Source: Selaginella moellendorffii (lineage: Eukaryota > Plantae > Lycopodiophyta). Taken from it: DNA of 64,000 nt. The translations under genes and the position numbers were made by a program. Below the pieces are notes generated by a model, which saw only the letters and a list, made by a program, of their open reading frames with translations, made no database searches and was not told the DNA's origin. Positions 35,065-48,596 of this stretch are shown here, piece by piece; within the stretch, counting starts at the first letter, position 1; every line of letters starts with the position of its first letter. The stretch lies in NCBI RefSeq assembly GCF_000143415.4, contig NW_003314325.1:398567-462566 (forward strand), in the 5' to 3' direction.

Positions 35065-37072
35065 GAGCTGCCAGGAACAGATAAGAGACCTGGAGTACGC
35101 ATTGAATGTGTGGACTCCTACAGATTGGTCATCGTCTGCTCAAAGTGACGAGACAATCAGGAAGATCGTCACGTCGGCTTTTATGGAGAACGTGGCTTCA
35201 CAGAGCGGTCATATCAAACTTGGGGAACACTCTCATGGCTAGAGTTTGCGGCAAAAAACAGAGCGGACTAGCTTTGCTACAAAAGCAGCTCGAGGCTAAA
35301 GGTGGCAGCCAAACAAGGTCCAGGATTGAGAGCCGCATGAACGAGCTGCACGTATATGCCAGGCAGCGTCTGGTGGTGGGCTGTCATGGCAACTGTGGCG
35401 AGACAGAAGCACTGGCTTCAGAACGAGCGCATCGAAACGAGTGCATCGAGAAGCAGCTGGGATTCCGTGACTTTGATCGTGTCTGGAGACAGTGTTTGAC
35501 GAGTGGTGAAGGCATCTCCAGATTTTGGAGCGTCACCTCAGCCAAAGTGGGGTTTGGTCACAGCTTCTGCCCAACTTGTGCTGAAACTCGACACTTTCGA
35601 GGCCGGCGCGTTTGCTGCATCGTTGCCGTGATACTTTCAAGCACAGGAAAGTGATCTGCGGCTCATACGTCACGTGTAAAGTCAGCCAGCGCTCACAGCC
35701 CGGTGTGTTATCTCCGGCTTCACCAACTATGATCTAGATCCCGTGCAAGACTTGGAAGCTTTGAGTAGGAAGACGATGACGAAGCTTATCGTGATTCATG
35801 AGAAAGCTGCGGGTGAACGCTCTATAAGTGAGTACCAGCGGGTCCTGGAGACCAAGGTCCGGGAGTATGTTCCAGCAGACAGGTTTGAGGTCGAGGTGAT
35901 TGGGAGGTTTGTCGGCCAAAGCTTGGTTCAAGTTCAACGGGAATGATCATGAGGCTGCAATGCTCTTGCTGGCCTTGAGGGACGATTCTCGATGTCTGTG
36001 GGGGGTGGCAGAAAGTCACATGCAAAGCGGAGTTTCTCTTCCCGTCTACATTTTACTCTTGGCTGATATCGCCAAAGGAATGGAGCAGCTCAAGACGGAT
36101 AACACACTAGGTGCGACATTGAAGGTATGCTACTCTTATTCAATTTTAATTTTCCACTCGGAAACCACTGTGTGAAGGTATTTGCAAAGGCGTACGAGAA
36201 AGGTGTGGCTCGGTGCAAGGCAGAAGAACTGGTGGAAGGCTCTCCTCTCAAAGGGCCTGCTGGATAAAGCTGCAATGAAGATCCTGTCCTCGAGAGAGAA
36301 GCTTCGCCTGGTAAAGAAGATTGAAGAGGAAACCGGCCTTGGTTAGATGCAACCAGAAGATCTCAGAGCTCCTCTTGGGATGATGAGATCTCTGATTGGG
36401 TCGACTTAGCTGGGCTGGAAAAATCAGTGGGAGCTGCAGTGAGCATGAACCACCGGTGGCATTCCTTGTGCGTGCATGGGGACGAGGAGTGCTTGGAGAA
36501 AGCAAAGCACGAATTGTCAGCATCTGGAAGAATGAAGTAATCCAGCAGTAGCAGTGGCAATAGACGCAGCAAAGGATTGTTTGGTGTGTCTATGCCCAAA
36601 TCGTCAACGAGAAGAAACTTGAGGCTCGAGGCCACAGCTTTTGCCGCGACTGCGTTGCTAACCAGCTTGGAACAGGGATGGACTTGCGCCACCGAAGGCT
36701 GCCAGGAGGTGTTCCCATTGTCGACTTCGTGGCCTAGTTCATAGTGCAGCAGATGGACGAGCTATGCAAAGCTTCCATGGGAGTTTTCGTGGCCTCGAGC
36801 GGGGGGAGCTACAGGTTTTGCCGACTGCCTCAAGAGCTCATTTTCTTCATCTTCGTTGATGATATTAGTCTGTGGCGCTTGAAACGCTCGGCTACGTACA
36901 TACTCACGGAGGCTCGGACTGCGACTTACAGAAGATACAGGCAGAATCCAGATGCTTCCCTGATCGAGTGGAGAGAGCTGTGGCTCTTGTCAAGAAGCAG
37001 TACATGTGCTGGGTTTTCAATTCGAAAGCAGCGAAGCCTGAAGCTTGTATTGATCAATTAGCCATCGATTAA
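35065..37072 (+). pseudogene. Fragment of a DEAH11/DEAH12-type RNA helicase-RBR ligase gene (C-terminal half)
   Basis: Frameshifted pieces AFMENVA, RNECIEKQL, EELVEG...LSSREKLRLVKKIEEET, SMNHRWHSLCVHG, CATEGC...MDELCKASMGVFVASSGGSYRFC, YRRYRQNPDASLIEW match my recollection of that family; not searched. Confidence 0.7.
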
Positions 37073-38259
37073 ATTAAACCACTACAAGCCTATATACCTA
37101 GCCTCTCGTGGCGCCCTAGCCTCTGGTTCTCTCAGCGGGGAGGTTCAACAAGATAACAAGATAATAAGCACCTTTGTCCAGGAAAAATCCCTCAAACCTC
37201 TAGGAAGCTTTCCTCTGGCTTCACTGATTGAGGAGGTTGCTTTCAATCTTCTACACATATATATGGTAAATTATGATGTCATTCTGCCAATGCAGATGCC
37301 AAATGTGTCAAAGTAAAATGCACACACATAATATGGCATTTTATTATCTAGCATTTTCGATTTATAAGTTATCTTTTAAGGGATGCTCTGCAAAATTATA
37401 GTTTTTATAAAATTCCAGGGGAGTTTACTTTTAAAAGGGACTTTTGCCTTCTTCCACCCATCTTATAGAATTGTCCACTAGAGTAGTATATCCCTTTCAA
37501 CAAAGCTACTTATAATGCGAAGGTCCAAAAGATTAAAAATGCATACCAAATGAGGATATGTGGGATTTTAAACACAAAGATCAAGTTTACAAAGAAATTA
37601 TAATGACTTAACTCAAAACTTTCATAGAGAGTCATGTGGGTGTTCTTCAACTCCACGTCATTGGGGCTCCTAAGCAACATACAGGCTAAGTTGAGACTCA
37701 GTTTGACAGCCTGTACATGGTTGACTATCATGGGTGAAGGTTGTTGCCTTTCTCCACAGATCAGTGCCCAGGAAATCCCTCTCTTTGGGATGTGATGGAC
37801 CACGGCGGATATTACAATTACACAGCCGCAATGAATAAGTTGGAAGTGCCATGTCTTCAAGCATTCTGCTTGCAGACAACAATAGCCTGCATTTATTAAG
37901 AGCATGCTCTCTCTCTACTGAAACATCATAAAGTTAATAAAATGAGTGGTTATCCTTAAGTAATTAACAAGCAGTTTAAGGAATATATGTGCGATCTTAG
38001 CCAGCAATGCAGGTCTTGACGAGTTTGATCTTTTCACTTTCCATGGTATGACTGCAAGCTTAAGGTGATAACATTTTCCTGTTGAGCTTTACAAAGTCTG
38101 GTAGCTTGAAGAAAATGGTCGTCAGGTACACAAGTTTCATGACCTTTGTCTGACATTTTTGTTTTCTTCCCTTCATCAGGAACTGAAAGGATCCAATGGC
38201 TACATGCAGGACTTGATGGTTATTCTTGAGATCAGCCAAGGACAATTAAGATTGTATGC

Positions 38260-38967
38260 AAGCAAGGTAAGCAAGGATATGGTTTGATCTTTACTTGCTT
38301 TTGTTTGTAATAGGTACGAGATCATAGGACTTCATTGTCCCGGTGAGGAGGAGGGATTACTCATCAATCAATGCAGAAATTGTAAGCAGAGGGGTGATTG
38401 GGAAAGACACTACAAAGGGGTAAGAAAGCTCACTTATTTTCCAGATTTTACTTTTTATTTATTTCTTAAACCCAGAGTGGATCCTTTTGCTCATGAACAA
38501 AAGAAGTGCTACCTCTGCCTAGTGAAGGGGACACAATACTTACCACTGTTCAAGAGATCCCCTGCGAATTGAATACTGGGAAGAGAGGACTTACACTGGA
38601 CCAATGAAGAGAATTCATCTTTCGGTTTGTATCACTTTCTATCTCTGTTTCTTTATATGTTTATGTGTGTATGTTTTCAGGTGGGTTATATCGTTCAGGT
38701 AGCAAACTTCCCGCAATACCATCCTCGTTTCTGAGTCAAACGGATTGAATACAAAAACCTCAAACGGATCTGCAAAAAACATCTAGACTTGGGAATCATG
38801 ATTGTGCATGAGCCACCTCGCCCTCTTGCATCTCAAATTTTGGAAGCTTTTCAGTGACTCCATGGATTTCTCATCACAGGCCTAGGCTTCAAGTTATACA
38901 AATCCAAGGAAGAAATGCCTCCAGGGTATAACTGGTATGTAGCTGCAGATGAAGAATTGAAGAATGA
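38260..38967 (+). pseudogene. CCHC zinc-knuckle family, copy 2
   Basis: Colinear with 34137-34830 including introns; in-frame TGA stops. Confidence 0.8.
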
Positions 38968-39039
38968 AGTGGGAGTTTTAATAAAGTAGCCTTCCAAGGT
39001 ATAACTTTTTGGACCTTAAAGGGTTATTTTCTTAACCAC

Positions 39040-39690
39040 ATCTTAGTGAATAATCATGTTGATTTGCATGGTGGACAGATCAACCCCTGAACCAATGGGA
39101 GATTGCCAATTGCTGGTGAGAGAAGAAGGTGTTGTACATGTAATGTGTTGACCGAATTCTAGGGCATTGACACAACCTTTTGCATTCTGCCATAAAGTCA
39201 GTGGAGGTTTGCTGTGTCACTTGAGAGTGGTGATTCATGCTGAACCTTCTTCTCTAGGGTTCCAATTTTGCTGTGCAAAATGCCCGATCACAGATGCTAG
39301 ATTTGCATCTCTTTGACTTTCTTGCTAGATTGCTTCTAGAGTGCCATGATTCTTAGCTCCCAAATCTCTTTATTGCTACCAACATGCTCTCACAGGATTC
39401 TAGGGCATTCTCTAGTGGCATCAGGTGAAGTCAAGTGCCAAAATTAATGCACTGATATCTATTCTTGAGCAAATCAATGATATCAAGTTGGTTAAGTTGG
39501 TAGTGTCTCCCGGTTCCCCACTATGCTCAAGTTCATTGAGAGGCCACTCCAAAAGGCTGGTTTCAAGGTTGAGATTGGCATTAGCAGCAACAAGAGGAGT
39601 GACTCACTAATTGTTTTTCTCAGCCTCAAGGTTACTGGAGTGTGATGGCATCCACAATGTTTTCATGATAGATCCTTGGTGGAATTTGTA
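39040..39690 (+). pseudogene. RAD5/HLTF-like SNF2 helicase fragment
   Basis: KSSAKINALISIL, SRFPTMLKFIERPLQKAGFK, VFLSLKVTGV, FMIDPWWN (helicase C-terminal motifs) with deletions and frameshifts. Confidence 0.75.
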
Positions 39691-39728
39691 GGCCGTGGTT
39701 TGAGTTCATGCTTGAGGTAAATTCCAAA

Positions 39729-39867
39729 GTTTAAAGCTTAAGAAATGGTTATATAATTTGACTTTCAATCCTAAGCTCCAAACAAAGTGATAGGTTTAAA
39801 GTTCTTAAGAAATGGTTAGATAAATTGACTTTCTTTGTATGCAATCCTAAGCTCCAAACAAAGTGAA
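39729..39867. repeat. Two-copy tandem repeat (~65-75 bp)
   Basis: GTTTAAAG..CTTAAGAAATGGTTA...TTGACTTTC...CAATCCTAAGCTCCAAACAAAGTGA occurs twice. Confidence 0.85.
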
Positions 39868-41699
39868 GATGTTCTTATGTTGATTGTCAAATTGCCCATA
39901 CCAAATGAAGAATGGCTGTGATTTAATCAGATGCTTAATTTAGGACCTCTCCATTTAGCAACTCTAATTTAGGGCTTGAAGACCAGTGATCAATCATTCT
40001 CTTCACAGCAACAAACTGAATGATGTAGAGGTAGTGGTTCAAGTGAAAGTCTTAGTGCTTGATAAAATGGAATGCAATTACTTTCCTTTCCAAGAACTAT
40101 ATACCCTACACAGTTTAGTACTTCATGTATTCCAATTTAGGTTTAGCAAGCCTCTTGGCTGCTTTGGTAGATACTAGAATCCCATTGACTGGATTTCCTT
40201 TGTCTTTTAACTGTATTTGTGCAGACATAGCAAATCTTATGGCATTTTATGAGGTAATCAATGTTTTATTTATGTGTTTATAATGGGATTTTATAGTGAT
40301 ATAGACTTTGGCTTCCAGAATCTAATAGTTTCCTCTAAGGAAATACAAGCTATTCTAACTTAGTTTCAATGTAACAAAACTATAACAATAAAAAATAGTG
40401 TTTACTAACTAGGTGTAAAACATAAATCCTTAAGTCTTGAAATCAAGCCAAAGGTGTGTTACATGGCAATGACTAAAGCAAAAGTCTAACAAATGTAACA
40501 GATTTTTATTAAAGTTTCAACTTGTGTCACTCCTCGCGATGACACATTAGTGAAGTGGAGAAGCATTGCTACCTAGCCTTGTCATTAGCCTCGTTGGTGA
40601 CCTCTGCTAGAACTTCTACCAACATCCTAGCCTAGGGTTGCCCACAGGTTGGACAACTCATATAGATTCGTTGATCTTGAGGAATCTTCACTATGATGTG
40701 CTCCTTAAATGTTTGTAGTTGCCACTGCAATATTAACCTCCACTTCATATGCTCTAAGGTTGTTAGATGAAGCATCCTTCCAAGAAACTTTTCTTTTATT
40801 CCACTCCTTTCACTCCTATATACATGTTATGCTTGGAAAATGGTCATTTGCCCTCTTGTCAACCTCTGGCACCAGTTCTTCCCATTGGTGCTGTCTCCTA
40901 CCTATGCCCTTTGTTTTCTCTTTGATCCAAAGACACACCCCCTTTCCAGCTGAATATTCCTTTATTCCCCCACTATAACCAAAAAGAAGGAAAAACTCCT
41001 AACTTCAACCAAATCTTATTCTTAAGTTGGCTCTAGCCTTGACAACTTGAAAAATAGCAAGCAGGAGAGGAATTTCTAAAGAAGCACTTGAGGAAAGAAC
41101 ATAAAATGATCAATAAAAGTTTTTAGAAAGGAATAAAAAAATGATTAACACATGGCAAGTGTTATGAGACGAGGAAGTGTCAAGACTAAGACTAAAACCA
41201 AATCTAAGATCAAGTCTGAGACTGAGTTAGAGTTCAAATACTAATACATATCAAAGGGTAAAAGCCTAAAGTGATTATCTCCTAAACCTTGGAGGGTTTG
41301 GTAAGTCTTTAAGTTATAACCATATGGTGGTGTAAATAATCAAAGAGAATAAATGATTTATAAAAGTTCAAATATAAACGGAAGGGCCTATGAATAATAA
41401 TGCACTCCCTTTTCCAATTAGTTAAGGGTTGGGGTATATAAGTTTTTATATGTAACTCCAAGATATAATATTTTATTTTTTAATAGAAAATAAATTCTTA
41501 TATTACAAAAATAAAGGTAAATTATATTTAAGAGGTTTTGTGCCAATAGTCTAAACACTTTAAATTCATATACTTTATTTTGAAGTATTTTATATTTATG
41601 GCCAATATTTGGTGTGGATCTAAGTGAATATTTAAATACTTATGGTCCAGATTGAAATTAATCTGACAAGTACCAAAATCCCAATATGTTAATATTAGT

Positions 41700-44600
41700 A
41701 TTTGGCATTGTAATTATACACTTAGACCTCATATCATCTCCTCCTCTAGAAATGATGGAAGACCATCAAGATTTTCTTATAGATGGGCCAGGATATTAAG
41801 GAACATCACAAGGAAGCATTAGTGGATTTGTAGGTGGTGGTAGTTGTTCCTAATCCTTTTGTACAAAGTGTTTTAACCACTACAACCATCCTTTCATAAT
41901 ACAAGGGGGAGTATTATGAGTTTGGCACAAATGTAACCACGAATATACCAGAAAACATCACATTGCATCTCCGGCTAATAAAAAGATCTATGCAACTTTT
42001 CTATCACACGATAATGTCTCATATGCCCATATAAAATAAGAGAATCATGGTAAGCATAGAGGAAATATGGAATAAAAATTGAAGGCACCACTAGTCATAA
42101 ATGATCATTAGGATCTGTCCTCACAAAATAAAGAAGATTATCCTTAAGTCGATATTAAGAATGTAAATGCCAAAATAGCAAGTCATCAGTAAGTAATATA
42201 AGATTCTTAAACCCATCTCAAAGCCTTTAAATCCATGGCTCAATCTTTTGAGCTTCGTGAACTTCATCAAGAGAAGGTAAATTTTGTTGTACATCTTATA
42301 GACACTGACATCAAGTGCAACAACTGCCGATGACATGGAATCCTCATCCAAAAAATCCATAGATGCTAGAACAACAAATTCATCAGAAACATAAGAAGAA
42401 AGTGAAGAAGGAAGAAGAGCTCGAAGAAGGGCATTAATATCAACTATAAAACTCTTTGAACAATAAACAACATTAAAATTATATATCTGAAGGTTCAAAG
42501 CCCATCAAGTAGTACGACAAACTAAGTTCTTCCATTTCAATAATGAAGTAACTACAACATAATCACATTATAGTAACGTTCAAGAACTATGTAGATATGC
42601 ATGAAGTTTCTTAAAACCCTAAACTATTGCTAAACACTCCTTTTTCATCATGGAGAAGTTCATTTCCATAAGTTTTAATGTACAATTGATATATGTAATA
42701 GGATGGCACTAATCAGGCACACTTAGGCTCTCTTGCACCAACACACCTCCAAAACTAATATCAAAAGCATCCATATATAAAATAAAAAGTTGAGTATAGT
42801 TAGAATATACCAAAATTGGAGGAGTTGTCAAGAGCTCTTTGAGATTCGTAAACACCGCTCATAATTTACAAACCATATGAAGGATGATGTTGACAACTTC
42901 AGCAACACTCACAACGGTGTAGTGTGATCAGAAAGATGATCAACAAAATGATTGAGATACTGAATCTTCCCTATGAAGCATTGCACATCATTCACACACT
43001 TTGGAGTAGGGAATTTTAAAACAGCTATAAGTTTGTCATGATCAACTTGCAAACCTTTATGAGAAATATGGTACCCAAGATAAGTTGTGTCTTTGGACCC
43101 AAATATGCACTTAGACTACTTCAGCTTTAAACCCACTTCCCGTATCCGATTCAACACATTAGTCCCCTCAAAGTATATTAAGACATCATTGATGAAGCCA
43201 GTAGTCATTTCTAGTATATTGCAAAGAACCTCCTCCATCATGCGATGGAAAATTGCTAAAGTATTGTTCAAACCAAATAACATTACCAAGAACTCGTATA
43301 AACAAAATAATATGCACAAAACAATCTTAGGAATATCTTCTTTGGCCATCAGTACCTACCAATACTTAGAAGTAAGATTTAACTTGGTGAACTAACAACT
43401 TCTCCCTAGACAATCTAAAAGATTAGTAGTGTGAAGAAGAGGGTACACATCTGGGATTGTCACTTTGTTTAATGGACAATAATTGATGTAGAAACAAATA
43501 TTTTTATTAAAATTTATCACAAAAAAAAATTCATACACCCAAAGACTTCATGACTTTGGAATAACACCCTTTTCCAATATCTCCTTAATGTTTGCATATA
43601 AAATTTTGATCTCTTTGGATGACTAACGACAAAATAGAATTTTGATTAGACAAGCATCCCCAGTTGGAATAGGATGATGTGTGGCAATCTTGGCCCTAGA
43701 TGATAGGTCAAATTTAAAGAGATCGACATACTTCTTCATGAGCCGGTCAACCGCTGCAATACAAAGACCATCAAAGGGATCGGAAAAAATAAGAAAGGAA
43801 CAAAACAGAAATATAAAGAGGAAATAATAAAGAGACAAAAGTGATGGAAGCAAGGTAGAAGTAGAGGGATGAAAAGGTATAGAAGTGAGAGGAATGAAAG
43901 AAATATTTTAAGACCAGGAGGAGAAGGCTCAAAGTCACACTTGGCATGATTATGCTACAACCATTCCATACCAAAGATGAGGTTAAAAGTTTGACTCAAC
44001 ACCACCTACAACAATTGTAACTTAAACTTGAGATTACCCATACACACAACTAAGTCCATCTTATCCTATGCACATGCATGTGTACGGTTGTTGCCATAAA
44101 GAATAAAAATTGGTTTTGCCACACGATGCAAATGTAGATGGCAACATGTGGCAATAACCCGAGCAATAAAAAATAAAATTGAGCTTGTATCAACTAACAT
44201 GGAGAGAAGAATAGAAGAACTCTTGTTATAAAATGAGCTTGGAAAGTAAACACTAAATGAACTAGTGCTGAATGAACCCTTAATAATACTCTAAAAAGAA
44301 AGATAGAGAGGTCATTGACTTATTCACGCAAAGTCTCTTTATTATTCGTGTGACTCCTTTTTTCCTTGATGCATCTCATTATCCAGATCTTCCACTACAA
44401 TAGCACCAACAAGACGTTGTTGATGCCAAGTTTTTCACCCAAGAAATGGAGATCACCAATCTAAAAAATGCTGACAACACTGATAAATATAACCAACTTC
44501 ATCACACGTTTAGCAATGGATATCATGGCCACAGCTATGTTCTCATCCTTGTCCTTAAACTTAGGCAGCAGTAACATCAACTTCCATTGGAATAGGACCA

Positions 44601-44700
44601 TCTCTCACATGAAGTGGAGTTCAAGAACATGCAATGAGACATGGAAGAGGTGATGTCTTATAATGTTATGCCAAACAAACGCATTATCAAAGGTGGCTAG
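41700..44700 (-). mobile_element. Old, heavily decayed Ty3/gypsy retrotransposon remnant (PR-RT-RNase H)
   Basis: Minus-strand remnants: LVDTSS (~44190), RT YEFLVMLFGLNNTLAIFHRMM...GFINDVLIY (43116-43349), RNase H FILYMDAFDISFGGVLVQ (~42730-42800). Borders approximate. Confidence 0.8.
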
Positions 44701-45567
44701 AGCAAATGTATAGATAATTCCTACTAAATTTTGACAAGTGCTAGCCACAACATTCCCAACTTGATTTACTTCGATATATTTGGTTCTACACAAAGCAAGA
44801 GGCTTTGAAAATGAATGCCAAATTGCATCATCAACTCAGATGGCTCTTGACGAAGATGATGTAATTGTTGGAAAGCATCATCACAATATATCCAAATGTG
44901 TGTTTGAAGATGTTTGAGAGAATACTCTAATCCTCACAAATGGCTGCGCTCAAACTATTATACCACTACAGTGTTGTCCCTTTTAAACACGTGGGTAACT
45001 CACGCAAATGTTGAGCATCATCCTAAGAATGATATGTGGCAATCATTGTAAAATGATCAAACCAATAGTACACATTATCCCCAGGATTTTCACAGAAGAA
45101 CTTTAGCCAGATGCAAGGATTGGTAGCAAGAGTAGGAAGAGTTGTACCACATGCCATAAATGCTACTATCAATTAAGTTTGTTCAATTGCAACTATATAG
45201 CATCGCTAACTATTGCTTCAAAGTCAAAAGAGGAGGAAGCTACTACTCTACCATGAATGAGAATGCAAGAGCAAAAGAAAAAAAATGGAAAAAGCTAGAA
45301 GGAAAAGGAAATCTAAACAATGCAAAAGTTAAATCTAAACCAAAATCTTAAATCCAAGTATTCCTCGGGGACAATCAAAGCTGCCCCTCATCACCACTAA
45401 TGTGAGTCCATGAAATATGGAAAGGGAATACAAATATGTGTATATCAATTAGCCCAAAAACCTTAGCTTATATATAGGAGTAAGTGGTATGGATTAAAAC
45501 TAATCTGATGGCTACGAAAATTCCACTATGCTAATATTAATATACAACATCATAGCCGTACACTTCT

Positions 45568-45868
<301 letters not shown>

Positions 45869-47496
45869 GTTTGGGACATATATTGGAAGGCATCATCACA
45901 ATTGTTGACATGAGTTTATGGGAAGATAATGTGTATGAGGTCAAATAGATTCCAGATTGTTTTGACAAGCTTGATTATTATGGAAATAGTTGTGGAGATG
46001 AAATGGAGATTTTACGGGGTAAGTGTTAAACCTTTAATCTAATCCTTTCTCTTTACCTTTTGCTCTTTCCTAACCTTTTTTTTATTTCTCAACTTGACCT
46101 TCTCATGTTTCTAGTATTTTTTCCTCATTTGTAGTGTTTTCTTCTTCTAACATGTCAATCATTTGTGACTCTTATGATTCTCAATTTCAATCAAGTATTG
46201 AGTTAAGTGCTTTATGTCCTCTTTATACTAATTTGGATGTTATGTATGTGCATGAAATTGAGAATCTTACTTTTGTTTCATTAGCAAAATTTTTAATCAA
46301 TTTTGATGTTGAGTATTCCCGTATTCCAAAAGTTGAATCACTTTGGCTAGAGTTTCAAGTTGAGTGCATGTCCTTAATTATGAGTGCTATTAAGAACCTT
46401 TGTTTTACCGTTGTTGCTGAGGAGTTTATATATTCCCTTAAAAGTATAGATGTTGTTATTAATTTTCCCATCTCAAGTGTTGAGTTGTGTATTGAGAAGG
46501 TTAAGCGGTGTGAATCTTTTACTTATATTGTGGTGGCCAAAGTATTTTTCCAAGCTTTAAGAACATATCCTTTTTTTTATTTTCTCAATTATGCATTGCC
46601 AATTACTGTAAATTTCTTTCTTGATGCTTCTTTATCCACTTTTTCTTCTTCCATAATTGTTTTTCCTCAATTTTTCTTGTTTTCTCCTTTTTGCTTCACC
46701 ATTTCAAAAAAAAAGATCTTTAGAGAAGGGGGTAGAGGGGATGGACGGGAGTTTAGCCCCAATGATGGAATGAGGATGAGTAGATACACTAGTGGGGCGA
46801 GGATGAATAATATGGATTATGGAGTGAAAATGAATATAGCAAGTCCAAACAAAACATTTAACCCCGATATAATAAGGCAAAATGGTTGCGATAATAAAGT
46901 GAAGTCAAACATAAATGGCAAAGTGAGGACAAACGCAATGAGTGCGAATAAAGCTAATGCTTTAAAAAAAATTCCTTTGAGGAGGGGATAAAAAGGATAT
47001 AGAAGATGAACAAAGTAAGACTAACCTTTTATATGCAATGTTAAATGAAGACAATAATTATGAGTCTAAGTTAATACTAATCTCGAATGTTGACTAAAGG
47101 GAAGACACAAAGGCAAGTTTTTGCTTATAGTTGTGAGTCCAAGTTAATGGTGGGCTTGGAAGATTGTCAATAAATAAACTTTAAGACGAGATATATTATT
47201 TGTTGCAATAGTGGTTTATAGATTACAATAGCTCTCAAAGTTTTTGTTTTGGTTTAAAGTTATGGTTTTAATGTTAGTTTGAGCATTTAGCAATTGCATA
47301 TGAAGTTGCAATTGGTTCATTAGGATTCCATAGTCAATTGATGCTTATGTCATGGCTTTGAATTTTATTTTAGTCATGGTTATTAGCAATTTATGGGAGC
47401 TTTATATTCTTATGGTAGTTTATAATTGCTTAATAGAAGCCCCAAATCTTCCACCTGATTTATTATCATTACCTTTTTATCTTCTAGAGGGGAGGA

Positions 47497-47661
47497 TGGT
47501 ACAAAGTTTGTAAATATATGTATGTATATATATGTATTACCCTGGTTAGGTAATATACTAATTTTAGTACTATAACATATAGACTATCTATTTGAGCCAT
47601 CCATTCTTGTATATAAGCAGGGGTTTAAACCCCAATTAATATACCTATTCCTATATCCCAA

Positions 47662-47716
<55 letters not shown>

Positions 47717-48096
47717 TTGAAAAAAAGTTATATTGAAAAGATAATTTTGTGAATCACACAACAATTCAAGCACATATTTGTTTTAATTTCATATATTTTG
47801 CAAGCTTATACATTTTTTTTTATCAGGCCACCCACTCTAGATATGCCTCCTCTTGGGAGGTGTACCTCCCACAAAACTTGCAATCACAAATTGTTTGTTA
47901 TATATTATACATGTAAATGATAGATTAATTATATAAATCTTATACAATCTAGTTAGACATTTTTATTGTATAATCATTTATGTTGTTGTGTAGTATATTC
48001 ACAAAGGAAAATTACTTAGTCCTTAAGTTTGAATAATACTAGGCTGGGTGACTTCCTAGGAAGTCCAAATTGAGGAGCTTACATTTGGTATTAAAG
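47497..48096 (+). mobile_element. Putative LTR carrying a 5S-rRNA-like segment (Cassandra-like), flanked by PPT-like and PBS-like motifs
   Basis: AGGGGAGGA then TG at 47497; (TA)n at 47664-47712; 5S-like GAATAATACTAGGCTGGGTGACTTCCTAGGAAGTCC at 48031-48066; ...TTACA at 48083; TGGTATTAAAG at 48086-48096 (cf. Met PBS TGGTATCAGAG). Confidence 0.6.
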
Positions 48097-48446
48097 TAGT
48101 TTCGAGCCCGGTTCTATTGGTTGGCAAAGAGAATCACACCATATGTTAAAATTGACATTTTTCAAGTTCAATTTGCTCTAGCTGGGCTCAACCTAAGGGG
48201 TAGGGTGTCCCAAGAGCCCCGCTCTCTCTTTCGTTCATGAGGGCATAAACTTACAAGGAAGCATAGTGGTAGGCAAAGTAGGTGAGGAACTAATTGCTAA
48301 TAGATTGTGAGAAAGGAAATATATTTCCAAAAATGGGATTTTCAAATGTTCCAATTTGACAAAAATAAAAACTCCAAGAGAGATAGAGCTATAAAGTAGC
48401 CAAAATAATAAGATCATGGATGGCCTTAATATGAATTATATATATG

Positions 48447-48596
48447 GAACTTCATGCCACCCTTGGCACTAAATAAAGAGAGGATGATAGTGTTCTTCAG
48501 TAAAGAATTTCGTAGAATGTAGAACTTTATGCCACCCTTGGCACTAAATAATAAAGAGGATGATAGTGTCCTCTAGTAAAGAATTTCCTAAGATGG
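48447..48596. repeat. Two-copy ~75-bp tandem repeat (a second ~38-bp duplication lies at ~48853-48923)
   Basis: GAACTT.ATGCCACCCTTGGCACTAAATAA...AGAGGATGATAGTGT...AGTAAAGAATTTC occurs twice. Confidence 0.85.

Noticed and set aside
37270-38250. Coding-like stretch between the helicase fragment and knuckle copy 2
   Set aside because: No recognisable family in any frame.
46134-46991. 285-aa ORF on the + strand
   Set aside because: AT-rich, no motif, lies in TE debris; probably a chance or antisense frame.
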